Below, one piece after another: positions 35,316 through 48,801 of a stretch of 64,000 nt of DNA. The notes under the pieces were generated by a model. The model ran no database searches and had not been told where the DNA came from. It saw nothing but the letters and a program-made list of their open reading frames with translations. Source of the stretch: Octopus sinensis (lineage: Eukaryota); contig NC_043001.1 in assembly GCF_006345805.1 (NCBI RefSeq), positions 115,382,001 to 115,446,000 of the forward strand, written 5' to 3'. The stretch's first letter is position 1, and each line of letters opens with the position of its first letter. The translations under genes were made by a program, and so were the position numbers.

Positions 35316-36419
35316 TTTACATTCCACCACATCTACATAGCTGTTGCACACGAAGTTTAGAAAGTTAGGTCCCTTGCCATATTTTCGAGCCCATCGTTGC
35401 AAAACTAAGAATTCTGAACGTAATAATAATTCATTATAAGTCACTGATTTTCGCTTCAAATAGTTGTGCTCTTAATGTCTGATGTGCTGATGATTCTGCC
35501 AGCTCTCAGCCTAGTTACGATCTGTAATTATTAATGGGTAATGTCTTTAAACCTTTGATTGGCCACACATTTGTAATTGTATGCTCGCCTTAATCAAGAT
35601 TTATTGGAAAACACTGGCAGTTGCCTATAAGTGCAAGTCTCCTTTCTCCGCAATATCAATTTTATTCGAGGGAAAGACCACTGATTTGGTCCAGTGCAGC
35701 TTGAGCTCAGTGTCATTGTAGGTGTTGCTATTAGAATCTAAAGAGCCAGAACAGATATCTCCAAGCATATTGCCCGAGCTTCTAACAGTTCTGCAAATCT
35801 ATGGCTATGGATCGATACTTTTTTTATCATCAATCCTGAAAGGAATAAAGGTAAGGTTAGCTTGCGTCGTTATTTGAACTACGAGCGCAAGGTATCGAAA
35901 TAAATACAGTAAAGCATTCTATTCAGCGTTCAAATGATTCTGCCAATTTGCACCTTCTCTTTTAATTTTAAATATGCGTGTGTATGCGTTAAGTATGTAT
36001 ATCTGTATGTATATATACGTATCTCTCCCTTTCTCTCTATCTATCTTTCTATCTGTTTATCTATCTACCTATATGTATATAGTTGAAATTTACAGAAAAA
36101 CGAAAGATGATGATAGGTGTATGAACAACAAGCAGGTGTATTAGTTTGACGCTTAGGAAAGTGAGAAAGTCTTCAACTGAAAGGAATAAGAGAAAATAAA
36201 CAGAGAGAGAATAAAAAAACTTGTGGATTTAGCGATCAAGCATGGCGACTGGTTGGGAAAAAAAGATCTGACGGGAGAGGTTGGAAGAGGGGGAGATATT
36301 AAAGTACTGGTGATTCCAAAACGAAGGTGCTCCTGCGTGTGTAAATTTGATTAGCCCGTTATTATGTAACATGCTTCACGACTTTAGTATACATACCTTA
36401 TTAGTATTTCCTCCTATGT

Positions 36420-36722
36420 TCTATATACTTTGGGAACGCATTAAAGCCCTTTTCAGGGCTACTTTATTTGAATTCTTACTATCGGGTAACTAATTTCATG
36501 TTATTACATATCTGAGTTCTCAATTTAGGTATTCATAACTTATTGGGAATTCGTAAAAACAAGATCCTGTGTAAGACAGTTCGGTATTCTCTGTAAATGC
36601 GTAAAAGCCGTTTTAAAGGCTACATACTGTGTATTGTTGTTACTGGATTAGCGAAACTATTATGAGAACGGAACCAAGGGATAAGCCCCGTTTTACCGGG
36701 AATTACCGGGTACGTCAGCTAG
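36420..36722 (+). mobile_element. Possible short Helitron (degenerate)
   Basis: 3' taccgggaattaccgggta followed by cgtcagCTAG|T; candidate 5' tctatatact. Confidence 0.4.
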
Positions 36723-36789
36723 TCAAAATAATAAATAAATCAACTGAGAACAGTTTATTTATAGTAGAATAACAACTGTTTAAGATGGT

Positions 36790-37440
36790 GGCGTCGGAGA
36801 TGGAAAGTGTCAGCTATCCACAGCCAGCAGACACTTGTTTACTGGTCATACTTCAAGAACCCTGCGTAGAATTCTTGCAGTTCCAAGCAATGCTGATTTT
36901 TGTAGGTGTTCTACCTTCACACTTGCACCGATCTGTTTTAGCCATGCTGGTAGTTGGGTGCTGATACTTCCAATTGCACCATTTACTATTGGTATCACAT
37001 CTACTCACTTCCTTGACCAAAACCTCCGTATTTCCCACTTCAAATTGTTATCGTTGTTTATTTTTGCTTCTTCTTTCGTATTGATCCTATTGTCACCGGG
37101 ACGTGCTATGTTGATTATCATACATGATCTTTCTTTTTTATTCCCTACAACAATGTCCGGTTTCCGATGTCTGGTCGGGTGATCGTACTGTATCTTTGCA
37201 TCCCACAGGATTTTGCAATTCTCATTTTCGGTGACTCCTTCTAGAGTTTTCTCATACCACATCCCGGTAGGCCGGGATTTGCACAAAGCTCCCTTTGGGT
37301 CATTCTTTCCACATTATCATGGCATCTTTTGTATTCGCGTTGTATCAATATCAGGTATTCGCTAACGCCACATTATCGTGGCATCTTTTGTATTCGCGTT
37401 TTGCCAATTTCGGGCATATGCTAATACCAACTGCGACAAG
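36790..37440 (-). mobile_element. Dong/R4-clade LINE 3' fragment (restriction-like endonuclease domain)
   Basis: WYEKTLEGVTENENCKILWD...RKPDIVV...IARPGD...IPIVNGAIG...LGTARILRRVL. Confidence 0.88.
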
Positions 37441-38050
37441 CTAACCAGGGATCATCTACGTGATCGATTGACCTGCTGGGAATAGCAGTCAAATTTCCTT
37501 CAATTTACATTCTATCATCATAAATACTGAAGCATAGGTCCATGTGTTCCTGATGTACAAAAAGGAAAGATGGTTATAATTGGAATATCGTTGATTATAG
37601 CTCTGAGTTAGCAGAGCAAAAGCCTTGGGCTAAATCGCAAAAAATAGCAAACAAGTAGCAGCCAAGTAAAAAAAACAGCAACAACAACAAGAAAACGGTA
37701 ACAACTTCAACATCTGTATCATCATCTTCAACAACAACAAGAACAGTAATAAACGTTGAACAGCAAAAACAAAAGCAATGAAATGAGTAACAACAGCATA
37801 AAGCAACAACAAAACACAACAGCAATAATAGTAACAAGAACAACAACAACAACAGTAACAGTAAAAAGAATTACAGTAGAAACACAGAGTAAACATATGA
37901 GACATGACTTCAAATACGATTTTCTTGCCAGATTGGTTAAAACAGACGACATAAAAACAAAAAGGAAAGCAAATGGAATAAATGACACTAATAGCAAAAA
38001 ATATTGAAAAAACTTTTAAAATAAAATCAAAGCAGAATATCCTTTTGAGA

Positions 38051-38134
<84 letters not shown>

Positions 38135-38275
38135 TAATAATAATGATGATGATGATAACGACAACAGCAACAGCAACAACAATAATGATAACAACAACAA
38201 TTTTGAAGTAAATATGTTAAGCAGAGGCGGAATACAAAAGAAATGAAAATTACGAAAGGATATATATATTATATA

Positions 38276-38359
<84 letters not shown>

Positions 38360-38457
38360 GTATGTATGTATGCATATATGTGTGTGTATATATGCATATA
38401 ATATATAGACACACACATACATATATATATACATGTATACACATATATGCATATATA

Positions 38458-38504
<47 letters not shown>

Positions 38505-38624
38505 GTGTGTGCATGTATTAATACATATTCTATTTATGCACAAATATATATACATACACAAACACACATACACATACATGCATACATACATACATATATA
38601 TATATATACATACACATATATACA

Positions 38625-38685
<61 letters not shown>

Positions 38686-39569
38686 ATTAGGCAAATTAAT
38701 TTTAAAATTATAAATATATAGGTTAAAATATTTGCCTGGACTTATTTTTGCTGGATGGGGTTTGTTTTCAAAGTGAATGTCTAGGTTATTAAAAAAATAT
38801 ATTTATAGAAAAAATATACGGAAACTTCTCTCCCCACCCCCGCTGCCTCTTTCTCTCTCTCTCTCTCTCTCTCATTCTCTCTCTCATTCTTCCTCTTTCT
38901 TGTTCCAATACATCACTGCCATCGTATAAGCTCTGCGATTGTTTTCAGGCTGGATGTTGTTACTTGTAATAAGTATTTGTTTAGTGACATTGTCATGTGT
39001 CAAAAACTTTTTCTTGTTTTCAAAATGGCCGGGACAATGTTGTTACTAAAGCCGACGGACAATTTATCTCCCCTTTCTGTTTTTTTCTTTTTTCTTCTCC
39101 TGTTGGCTTCTACTTCTTTATCTCTATTCTTCTTTTCTTTTATATTCTTTTTCATCCTATTTACTCCTGTTCTACCCTTTTTTTTCGTTTGTTTTCTTTT
39201 CTTTATTTATTTAACCTTTTCTCTCTCATCTTTATTACTACCCCATCTTTTACTTCACTTTTAAATTTCTTCTGTACGTTTTTTTTTCTTTTTCGTTTTC
39301 ACCTTCTTCCTCTTCTTCTTCTTGTTTGACACTTCCTCTTTTCTTCTTCCTTTATTCGTTCCTTCCTTCTTTCCGTCCTTCTTCCTCCTTTCACATGTAA
39401 TTTTTCTTCATTTTCAGCTCTTCTTTGCATTGATCTTCTCCTTCGTTTTACCAAGCATTTGTTTTCTTTCTCTCTCCATTTTAATTATTTTGTTTTGTAG
39501 TTGCTATGACATCATCATCATCATCATTATTATTATTCTTTTTATTATTATATTATTATTATTATTATT

Positions 39570-39619
<50 letters not shown>

Positions 39620-39641
39620 TATTATTATTATTATTATTATT

Positions 39642-39673
<32 letters not shown>

Positions 39674-41785
39674 TATTATTATTATTATTCTTTTTATTAT
39701 TATTATTATTATTATCATCATCATCATCATCATCTAATCTCATTCTCCACTTCCTTCTTTTTGGTCTTCTTTTGTCTTTAATCTGTTATTCATTATTTTT
39801 TCTTTTTTTTCTTTAATTGTTTTTCCATTTTAAGCTCCACTATATTTTTGGCTCCCCTTATTTGTTTCAATATCCCAGACCTTTTGGGGATGTATAAATA
39901 GCATTGTTTTCCAATACTCAAAGCAAATGAAGCACAGGGTGTATTTAACTGCACAACAAATATTTAGTTTTCAAAGATAATTTTAGTAAATCTATTAAAA
40001 TATTCGACCCACCAGTTCTCGCATGTAGACATATTGTTTTATTTTCTGTCCGTTATTTTATTTTATTTTACTTTTTTTAGGGTATTCTTCAATTCAATAT
40101 TGGTTTCTTCCTAACTGTGAACAGAGTATCAATATTGTTAGAGGTTGTAATTCGGTGGAATTGTAGCAGAAACTCTAAAGTTCCGGAGTAAATATCTTGC
40201 AGTATTTAATTAAATTTCTTTACGTTCTAATTTCAGATTCTACTGATTTCACAATTATTCTTTCATTTTTCCGAATCGATAAAATAAGCTACCAGACAAG
40301 TCAATCAGTAACCTTAAATTGGTGGCCGAAAGTGAAAGTAACAAATCAATATTTGTGAGCGAGGTGGACTGGGAAACGGAAATGTTCGATAGACTTTCCT
40401 AAGGATGAAGTATCTTACTTGAGAATCGAAACAGCAGTGATATGATTTCAATTCATCGAGAATCTGCTTTTTTCTCCAAACCTTCATTTATGCTCCCTAT
40501 GTAAAGCGAACTTCCCTTATTAATTTAAATAGCAGTTGAAGCAACACTACTTGACTCTGTTTGGGGATTCTACGTGGCTGGTCGATCGACTGACTAGAAG
40601 TAACAGCCAAATGTGTTTGAAATTGTATAACTGTACAATGAGGCAGTCACCCAAGTAACGTTTCCTCGACTCTTCATATTTTGGGGTTTTAAAGACTGTC
40701 ACGACTAAATTAGTGTAAGTCAGGACAACTTTTGTTCCTGTCACAATCCCATATCTTTATTCATAAATTCTGCCATTGAAATCGTAAATTATTTTGTTGC
40801 GTGAATTTTATTCCTTCAGTAATGAGGGTTTTTTTTGTTTTTGTACTCGGTCCGAAATTTCCTAAGAATCGATAGAACCGTATTTAATTCTTAAATTTAC
40901 TTACTCCCTTATTTCAAAATCGTTGAGTATGGTTTTCAAAATTCCTTATGTAGTTTTAAAAATTAAAATGCATGACGTTAAAGATGGCGGACTTACAAAA
41001 CTGAAAAAGCCATTTTTAACATTTTTTTTCATTTACTTCAATTTCAAACAATGTAGCCTTTGAGAATCATCACATAGAGTATATACCAGTTATACGCTAG
41101 GGAAATTCAAACGATTGTTTTCTTCTTTATAAACGTTGTTTCGCAGTTCGATTCTTTGTCAATTTTGTATAAAACATAAATCTGTACCATATATAATCTG
41201 ACGGTCAAATGCTTCTGGGTTGTCATATAAGGACAATTATACGGGGCCTACAGAATTGGGTGTATAAGTAAAGTCAACGGGATTAAACACTTCTTTTGGT
41301 CAGACTCACCAATAGAGATACAATTAACGTTTGTAATCGAGAAGCATATATTTTAGAATATATTACCCTGAGGTACAATATCACAGTCAAGTAGATAGCA
41401 TACACTAAGCAAAATTTACTACCATGTAGCGCTATTTTATAACCAAGTGGACAGCTTATACTGAGAAAAAGTATCATTCAAATTGACCACTTACAATTCA
41501 GAGCTAGCTATTTTGGCCAATGACACAATACAACGATGGTAATAGAACAGCTTAGAGTTGTCGACCCTTTCTCCGGCAGTTTTGACTTAATGAACTTTTA
41601 TCCTTTCTAAACTACGCCACACAGTAAACGATGACTATATTGCGTGCTCATGTCTCCCTCTTGCCTATCTATATGCGTGTGCGTGTGTGGTGTGTGTGTG
41701 TGTGCATGTATGTATTTATATATATATATGTGTGTGCGTGTGTGTGACTGTGTGTGTGTGTGTGCACGCGTGTGCGTGTGTGTGC

Positions 41786-42030
41786 GGAGGCGCGTGGCTA
41801 ATGGTTAGGGTGTTGAACTCATGATCGTAAAGTTGTGGTTTCGATTTCTGGACCGGGTGATGCGTTGTGTTCTTGAGCAAAACACTTCGTTTCACGTTGC
41901 TCCAGTCCACTCAGCTGACAAAAATGAGTAATCCTGCGACGGACCGGCGTCCCGTCCAGGTGGGGAATTTCTACGCCACAGAAAGCGGGAAACCGGCCCT
42001 TATGAGCCTGGCATGGTTCGAGAAGGAACA
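41786..42030 (+). mobile_element. tRNA-derived SINE (fourth family)
   Basis: ggaggcgcgtggctaatggttagggtgttgaactcatgatcgtaaagttgtggtttcgatttctgg, followed by a CORE-like segment. Confidence 0.8.
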
Positions 42031-42182
42031 TTTATTTTCATTTTATATGTATATATATATATAATATGGTGTGTGTGTGTTGTGTGTGTGTGTGTTTGTG
42101 TGTGTATGTATGTGTGTGTATGATATATATATATGTGTATGTATATATATTATATATATATATATATATTTCTTTTTTTTTT

Positions 42183-42383
42183 TTTTACTTGTTTCAGTCA
42201 TTTGACTGCGGCCATGCTGGAGCACCACCTTTAGTCGAGCAAATCGACCCGGGACTTATTCTTTGTAAGCCCAGTACTTATTCTATCGGTCTCTTTTGCC
42301 GAACCGCTAAGTAACGGGGACGTAAACACACCAGCATCGGTTGTCAAGCAATGCTAGGGAGACAAACACAGACACTCACACGC

Positions 42384-42415
<32 letters not shown>

Positions 42416-42585
42416 CATATACGACAGGCTTCTTTCAGTTTCCGTCTAGCAAATCCACTCACAAGGCATTGGTCGGCCCAGGGCTATAGTAGAAGACACT
42501 TGCCCAAGATGCCACGCAGTGGGACTGAACCCGGAACCATGTGGTTGGTTAGCAAGCTACTTACCACACAGCCACTCCTGCGCCT
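42183..42585 (-). mobile_element. Dominant tRNA-derived SINE, full length
   Basis: Colinear with 33390-33804. Confidence 0.92.
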
Positions 42586-43451
42586 ATATATATAATATAA
42601 TCTGTTTTCATTTATTTATTATTATATTTTTCAAATTTCAATTTGTTCAGTTCTGTGTGTGATTGTGTGTATGTATTTGTGTGTTTGAAAGAGTGTTTTC
42701 CTCTCTTTATGTGTGCGTCGTGTGCTTGTATGTGTGTGCTTGTTTGTGTGTGCGTGTGCGTGTGTCTGCGTGTCTGAAGGACTGTTTTCCTCTGTGTGTC
42801 TGTGTGTGTCTCTTTGAAGGAGTGTTCTCCTGCATGTATATATGATTGTATGTGTAGGACTACATGTGTTTGTGTGTTCTCGAATATGCATTAGATGCGT
42901 GTGCACGTTTGTTTGAATATGTATGTATATGCGTGTGTATTTCAGATTTTATTTATTTTATATTTCATTTTTTTTTTGTTTTCACCTAAAAATATTCAAA
43001 AATTATTGAAGAAAAACATCCGTGGGCAAATAGCTCTGATTGTTCGTCTTCTTCTAATTGCAATGTTGATTGACTTTTTGGAGAGTAAAAAAAAAAATTT
43101 ACTTTTCCTTCAATTTACTGTTGTTGTTTTTGTTGTTAAATTTTAATTTTTTTTAACTTTTTAATTATTTGATTAATTTCGATTTGAAATGTTCAGTTTC
43201 TCTCCTCATTAGACATTTTAATGACATTGTTTGAGGTTGGTTTTTGTGTTTGTTGTTGTTTTTATATTCTTTCAATATTTCTGTAATAGTAATAGCAGTT
43301 GTAGCCGCCGTCGTCGTCGTTGGTGGTGGTGGTGATGGTGTTGATGATGGTGGTGGTGGTGGTGATAGTGGTGGTGGTGGTGGTGGTGATGGTGGTGGTG
43401 GTGATGGTCCTATTGTTGATGATTTGTTATTGTTGTAGTTGTTGTCGCTGT

Positions 43452-43482
<31 letters not shown>

Positions 43483-43848
43483 AATGATGTTTTTGTTGGT
43501 GATGTTGTTGCTTTTATTACTGTTGCTATTGATGCTAATTCTGTTGCACTGCTTGTTGCTATTATTGTGTCCTTGTTATATTTTCTCTTAGTGCTAATAA
43601 TGCTGCGGTGCTGTCGTCGTTGGTGTAATTGTGTCATTACTTGGTGTTGTTGTTGTTGTTGTTGTGCAGACCCCTGCACAGCATTGACCTTAGTCGGCCT
43701 TACAACACGTAAGATAATCCTCCAAATGAACGACTGGAAACCGTACGCCCATAAATCCATCGAGAACTAAATACTATGGCATTGCAACACTGGGCAGTGA
43801 AACGCTACATTATTTGTACGATCTGAAGTGGTAGAGGCACTGCAAGTA

Positions 43849-44353
43849 TCGTAAATCTTCGAGTGTATTCCACCCTTGAGTATAATACGCAGTGGGTTTT
43901 TTAGGGGGCTGTACCTCTGGAACACCTAAACCTTGTGTATAATACGTACCCCTTCTCTAACTTGAGTCAAGGAGGTCTATATAACGTCCTTGGTTTGTAT
44001 ACAGTAACGTCCTATGTTTATTATTGTATATATAACATAATGGAAACGAGTAGCTTTTCTGTGCATTTTGTTTGCAGAAAATAAAGAAATAACAGTAATA
44101 ACGTTTAATAAATATTGCTTACTGCATGTTATGGAAGATTTTTTTATGACTTCATTGCTTTCAGACTTAGCTTAAGGTATTTTCGCGCCCGACATCACAA
44201 AATGCGTCTAAATAAACATAGCCGGACAGCAAAGAGAGACTCGGACATTGCTTAGGAAATATTTTTCATTTTTAACCTCGTATATAGTACGCACTAGGGA
44301 TTTTGACCTTTAAATTTGGGGGTGAAATGCGGATTATACTCGAGGATTTACGG
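43849..44353. mobile_element. TA-flanked MITE with ~28 bp TIRs (Tc1/mariner-pogo superfamily type)
   Basis: Left ta|tcgtaaatcttcgagtgtattcc; right gcggattatactcgaggatttacgg|ta. Confidence 0.7.
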
Positions 44354-44995
44354 TATATACTCTTCTAGCATGTAGTCTCTAGCATATAGTCACTATATAC
44401 AGACGTGTAGTCTCTAGGTTTTCATAATAGCGACAAACATGACAGATAAGACGTGTAATGTAGAGCGATCGGTACACGCGACCTGTCATTCTGTAGCCGT
44501 TACTGCTGTGGTTTAACCCCAGGACAACCCAGATTGAATAAGTCTATGATCAAAAATTGTTTCCGCGATGACCATTCTTTTATTTTACGTAATCTAGTGC
44601 ATCTTTCTTTTACGTAATCCAGTGTATCTTTCTTCGTTTAAAGAAATAGGACACAGATTCCAAACGGTACACGGAGCTGCACTAAAGTGTCACAAAGAGT
44701 ATCTAAAAGTATGGCTGATTTTTTCAGAATATAATTAAAGACTTTAAGAAAATTCACACTAATTCTTGAGTACCTTGAAAAAAATGCATTATTGGTAATT
44801 TTGTTATACGCAAGTATGATTGCTAATACATGGTTAGCAATAGTTTTCTATATTTTTTATTAACTTTAAATCACTTTGGTTCAATATGAAGTAATTACAA
44901 AGTGGAAGACTCATTTTCGAAAACACAGAAATGTAAACTTCACTCAATAATGCATTAGTTGATGTTAATATATATATATATGCAATCCCAAAATA

Positions 44996-45371
44996 TCTCT
45001 CTATATATAAACGGCAGTTTGTCTGTGCGTGTTTCTGTGTGTCTGTTTGCTTGTACCCTCACCCTGACCACGGCTTTCAACCGATTCTGATGAAACTTGA
45101 CACACACATAGCCCAATGTCATAATTCAAAATTAATTTTGAAAAGTTTCCCCAGTTCTGAAAAAAATCGATAAATTCGACATGGGGTCGAGAATCAGAAA
45201 CACGAACCACAAACTGTCTAGGGGACGCAACTCCATCCTTTTTTTAACTCTCAAAAAAAAATTTACCATCATTTTTTTCCATTTTTTTGCTATTTTTTGG
45301 CTATAACTCTCTAAAAATGCTTTATAGTTATTTCCCTTACAAACCTGAGCAACGCTGGGCGATACTGCTAG
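44996..45371 (+). mobile_element. Non-autonomous Helitron sharing its 3' ~130 bp with the 8047 family but with a different 5' half
   Basis: A|TCTCTCTATATATAAAC ... cctgagcaacgctgggcgatactgCTAG|T. Confidence 0.85.
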
Positions 45372-45838
45372 TAACAATATATATTTATGTAACGAGAAAC
45401 TGTGTTGCGTCACCTGAAGTGATGCTACTGCACTTCGGGGTGCAATTTAATTAATTGTATAATTTCCCACCCACGAGGGAGTGGTGTAGGATGTGTCGAA
45501 ACGATCAGTGTGGTAAATAAAGTTTCTAGTATACACTGTCTTCCGTATTCATTGTTTCTCTCTCTCTATATATATATAGCGAACATGCTACCTTGAAGAT
45601 AGCATGTTTTGAATTGTTTTGATATCATTATATTTTATATTCCTATAATATATATGCGTAAGTATAAATATAGCATACATATGAGAAGAATTCTGGCAAG
45701 ATATGTAACATGGATGAAGAGCAAACATCAATAATGGAAAACGTAAAGAAGAGCCATAAGACGAAATACAATCATGTTAATAGAACGTGCATTTATAAAG
45801 CAATGAAGATTGCCCAAACACTGTTAATACATTTTGAG

Positions 45839-45870
<32 letters not shown>

Positions 45871-46089
45871 CTGACTACTCGTGACCCATTGGGTCGCCAA
45901 TAGTTCAAGGTACCCGAAAAACCCGCGTATCTCGGGAATCCGATATCAGATTTACGTGAAACTAGTTTTATTCCGTTTGTATTTACATTCCAGGGGTACC
46001 TTATTTTGAGACTATTTTCCCATTATGCGCCGGTTTGGCTGTACAGATAAGCGTGCACGCAAGCAAACGTTTCAGTAGTGTGTGTGTGA

Positions 46090-46410
46090 CGGCGCATGGA
46101 CCATTGGTTAGATCGTCGGGCTTACAATTGTGAAGTTGTGAGTTCAATACTTGGAGCAGGCCGTGTGCTGTTTTCTTGAGAAAGACACTTTATTTCAGGT
46201 TGCTCCAGTTCAATCAGCTGTAGAAATGCGCTGTGACATCACAGGTGCCAAGCTGTATTGTTCTTTGTCTTTCCCTTGGACAACATTGGTGGCGTGGAGA
46301 GTGGAGACTGGTATGCATGGGTACCAGTCTTGTGCTTCAGAAGGGAACATTTCTTGGTGCAATCCCATAGTTATTCACGACCGAAGGCGGTCTTTACCAT
46401 TTTACCCTTT
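46090..46410 (+). mobile_element. tRNA-derived SINE (same family as 23395-23727)
   Basis: Colinear with the reverse complement of 23395-23727. Confidence 0.8.
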
Positions 46411-46429
46411 ATCATGTGTCCCTATGAGA

Positions 46430-46617
46430 TAAAATGCTTGCTTCCGAACCACGGGATTCCAGGTTCTTTCCTATTGCGTTCCACCTTGAGCAAGTGTCTT
46501 GTTCTAGGTATCCTCGGGCCGATCAGAAATTTGTGAGTGGATTTGGGAGAGGAAAACTGAGCGAAGATCTTTCGTATATGTATATGTGTGTGTGCACGCA
46601 TGTGTGTGTGTGTATGC

Positions 46618-46675
<58 letters not shown>

Positions 46676-46900
46676 TGTGTATTTGTCGTTCTTTCTGTGT
46701 TTGCAACCCATCACCGCTTGACAACAGGTATTGGTGTGTTTACGACCCTGTAACTTAGCGGTTCGGCACAAGGTGCTGATATAATAAGTACTAGGCTTAA
46801 GAAATATGTCCTGCTGTCGATTTATTCTACTGAAACCCTTCAAGGCGGTGCTCCAGCATGGTCACAGTCAGATGACTGAAACAAGTAAAAGAATAAAAAA
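46430..46900 (+). mobile_element. Diverged dominant SINE
   Basis: Contains ttgagcaagtgtctt, gtgagtggattt, the internal microsatellite, and aaggcggtgctccagcatgg. Confidence 0.78.
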
Positions 46901-46947
<47 letters not shown>

Positions 46948-46950
<3 letters not shown>

Positions 46951-47680
46951 ACCTCCAATCACCCAAAGCACACAAAGACTAATATCCCCTCCAACCTAGC
47001 GAGAAGAATCTGCACTATTGTCTCAAATGACACAACACGAAATAAGAACTAAGGGCAATTCTTCTCGAAAGACATTACCCATCATTACTAGTGGACAACG
47101 GAATAGAACGGGCCAAATCAATTAACACTCAAGACTTACGAAAACCAAAACACATCCACAGTACAGTAAATAGCCTCCCCTATCTCTCAACACACAATCC
47201 AAGAAATGCAGAAGCTTACACTATTATATACAACAACATCCCACAGCTAAATCAAGACCCACGCCTAAAAAAATTACTCACAGCTCATAAAATAATAAAA
47301 AGTAAGAAACAACCTAAATCCCTAAAAAACCTACTCACCAACGCAAAATTACACAATACAAACCCACTACCCACAGTCAAAAAATGTGGTCGTTCCAACT
47401 GCAGGACTTGCATCCACCTCATTGAGGGATCAACGTACAAGTTCCAGTCGGGACACACCTTTATCATAAAAAATAATTTCACCTGCGCATCAAAAAATTT
47501 ACTTTATGTCATAAGGTGTGAAGGGTGCCACGAAGACTACATAGGGCAAACGGGCCTTACCCTCAGAGAAAGGATGCCAGTTCACCGCCAACAACTGAGG
47601 GACCCCACCACAAGACAGATACCACTTAGTGGACACTTAGGCGTCTGTGCACGCAATAAGCCCCCCAAATTCTTAGTTTG
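46948..47680 (+). mobile_element. Penelope-like retroelement fragment: RT thumb, linker and GIY-YIG endonuclease
   Basis: SNHPKHTKTNIPSNLARRIC...KKCGRSNCRTC...FTCASKNLLYVIRCEGCHEDYIGQTGLTLRERMPVH. It begins directly after a (TA)n run. Confidence 0.92.
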
Positions 47681-47783
47681 GTACTCTTTATATAGAAATT
47701 CGGGATTGTATTTATTTGGCAAGTAATTTCATCTGAGACTGTGTGTTGAACCTAAAGCAATTACTGCGTGGAAGACACATTCT

Positions 47784-48174
47784 TATTTCTTTATTACCCA
47801 CAAGGTGCTAAACATAGAGGGGACAAACAAAGACAGACAAAAGGATTAAGTCGATTACATCGACCCCAGCGCGTAACTGGTACTTAATTTATCGACTTCG
47901 GAAGGATGAAAGGCAAAGTCGACCTTTGCAGAATTTGAACTCAGAACGTAAAGCCAGGCGAAATACCTATTTCTTTACTACCCACAAGGGGCTAAAAACA
48001 CAGAGGGGACAAACAAGGACAGACAAACGGATTAAGTCGATTACATCGACCCTAGCGCGTAACTGGTACTTATTTTATCGACCCCGAAAGATGAAAGGCA
48101 AAGTTGACCTCGACGGAATTTGAACTCAGAACGTTACACTAAGCATTTCTGCCATCTCGCCGCCTTTAGAATGA
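47784..48174 (-). mobile_element. Dimeric third-family SINE flanked by a single 14-bp TSD
   Basis: The TSD ggaagacacattct is at 47770-47783 and 48175-48188. The internal junction is aaagaaatag|gtatttcg. Confidence 0.85.
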
Positions 48175-48214
48175 GGAAGACACATTCTAGCCATTGTAAA
48201 ATACATCTATCTTC

Positions 48215-48735
48215 TATCTCCTGCCCTTAACCTTCCAACGCGGAGTATAGGTCACTTATAGTTGAATTCCATGTCGCATAATTTTTTTATTTCTGTACTT
48301 ATACTCTGCCACTTATACTCTAGTTCCTTCTGCGTTGATCTACGCCACGAGTTCTTAGGCCTACCTCTCTTTCTATATCCATCCGGATTCCACTGTAAAG
48401 CACTTTTCGCTACATTTGGTGTGTCTTTTCTAATTGTGCTACCAATCCACTTCTACTTTTTCTTAAATATTTTCTCCCTAATCGAAATTTGATTTGTTCT
48501 TTGCCATAGCTCCATATTGCTTATGTGTTCGGGCCATCTAATTTTAAGTATACTACGCAAGCATCTGTAAAACACATAGGAACTGTTAACTTTCCTTAAT
48601 TACTTATTACTTGGTATCAAAATTTTCGTGGCACTATCTACGGCTTTGTTACTGACACAGTCTCTGACCACTTGCAGTCCTACTGTAACTGATCTGGAGA
48701 CCTGTATAAAGTAGCTAACTGTGGACCAGGTTGCA
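48215..48735 (-). mobile_element. RTE-clade LINE 3' fragment
   Basis: RCLRSILKIRWPEHISNMELW...WIGSTIRK...ALQWNPDGYRKRGRPKNSWRR. Confidence 0.85.
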
Positions 48736-48739
48736 GATA

Positions 48740-48801
<62 letters not shown>

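Noticed and set aside
40655-40685. Minus-strand tgaagagtcgaggaaacgtta
   Set aside because: No stem II or stem I pairing; likely chance.
41786-41860. tRNA-like sequences here and at about 4190-4250, 23660-23727 and 46090-46155
   Set aside because: They continue into SINE bodies, and the acceptor and anticodon stems are imperfect. They are SINE heads, not tRNA genes.
45400-45520. gaaacgatcagtgtgg with upstream ccacccacgaggg, PLE-LTR-like
   Set aside because: The 5' core is unrecognisable; at best a very old relic.
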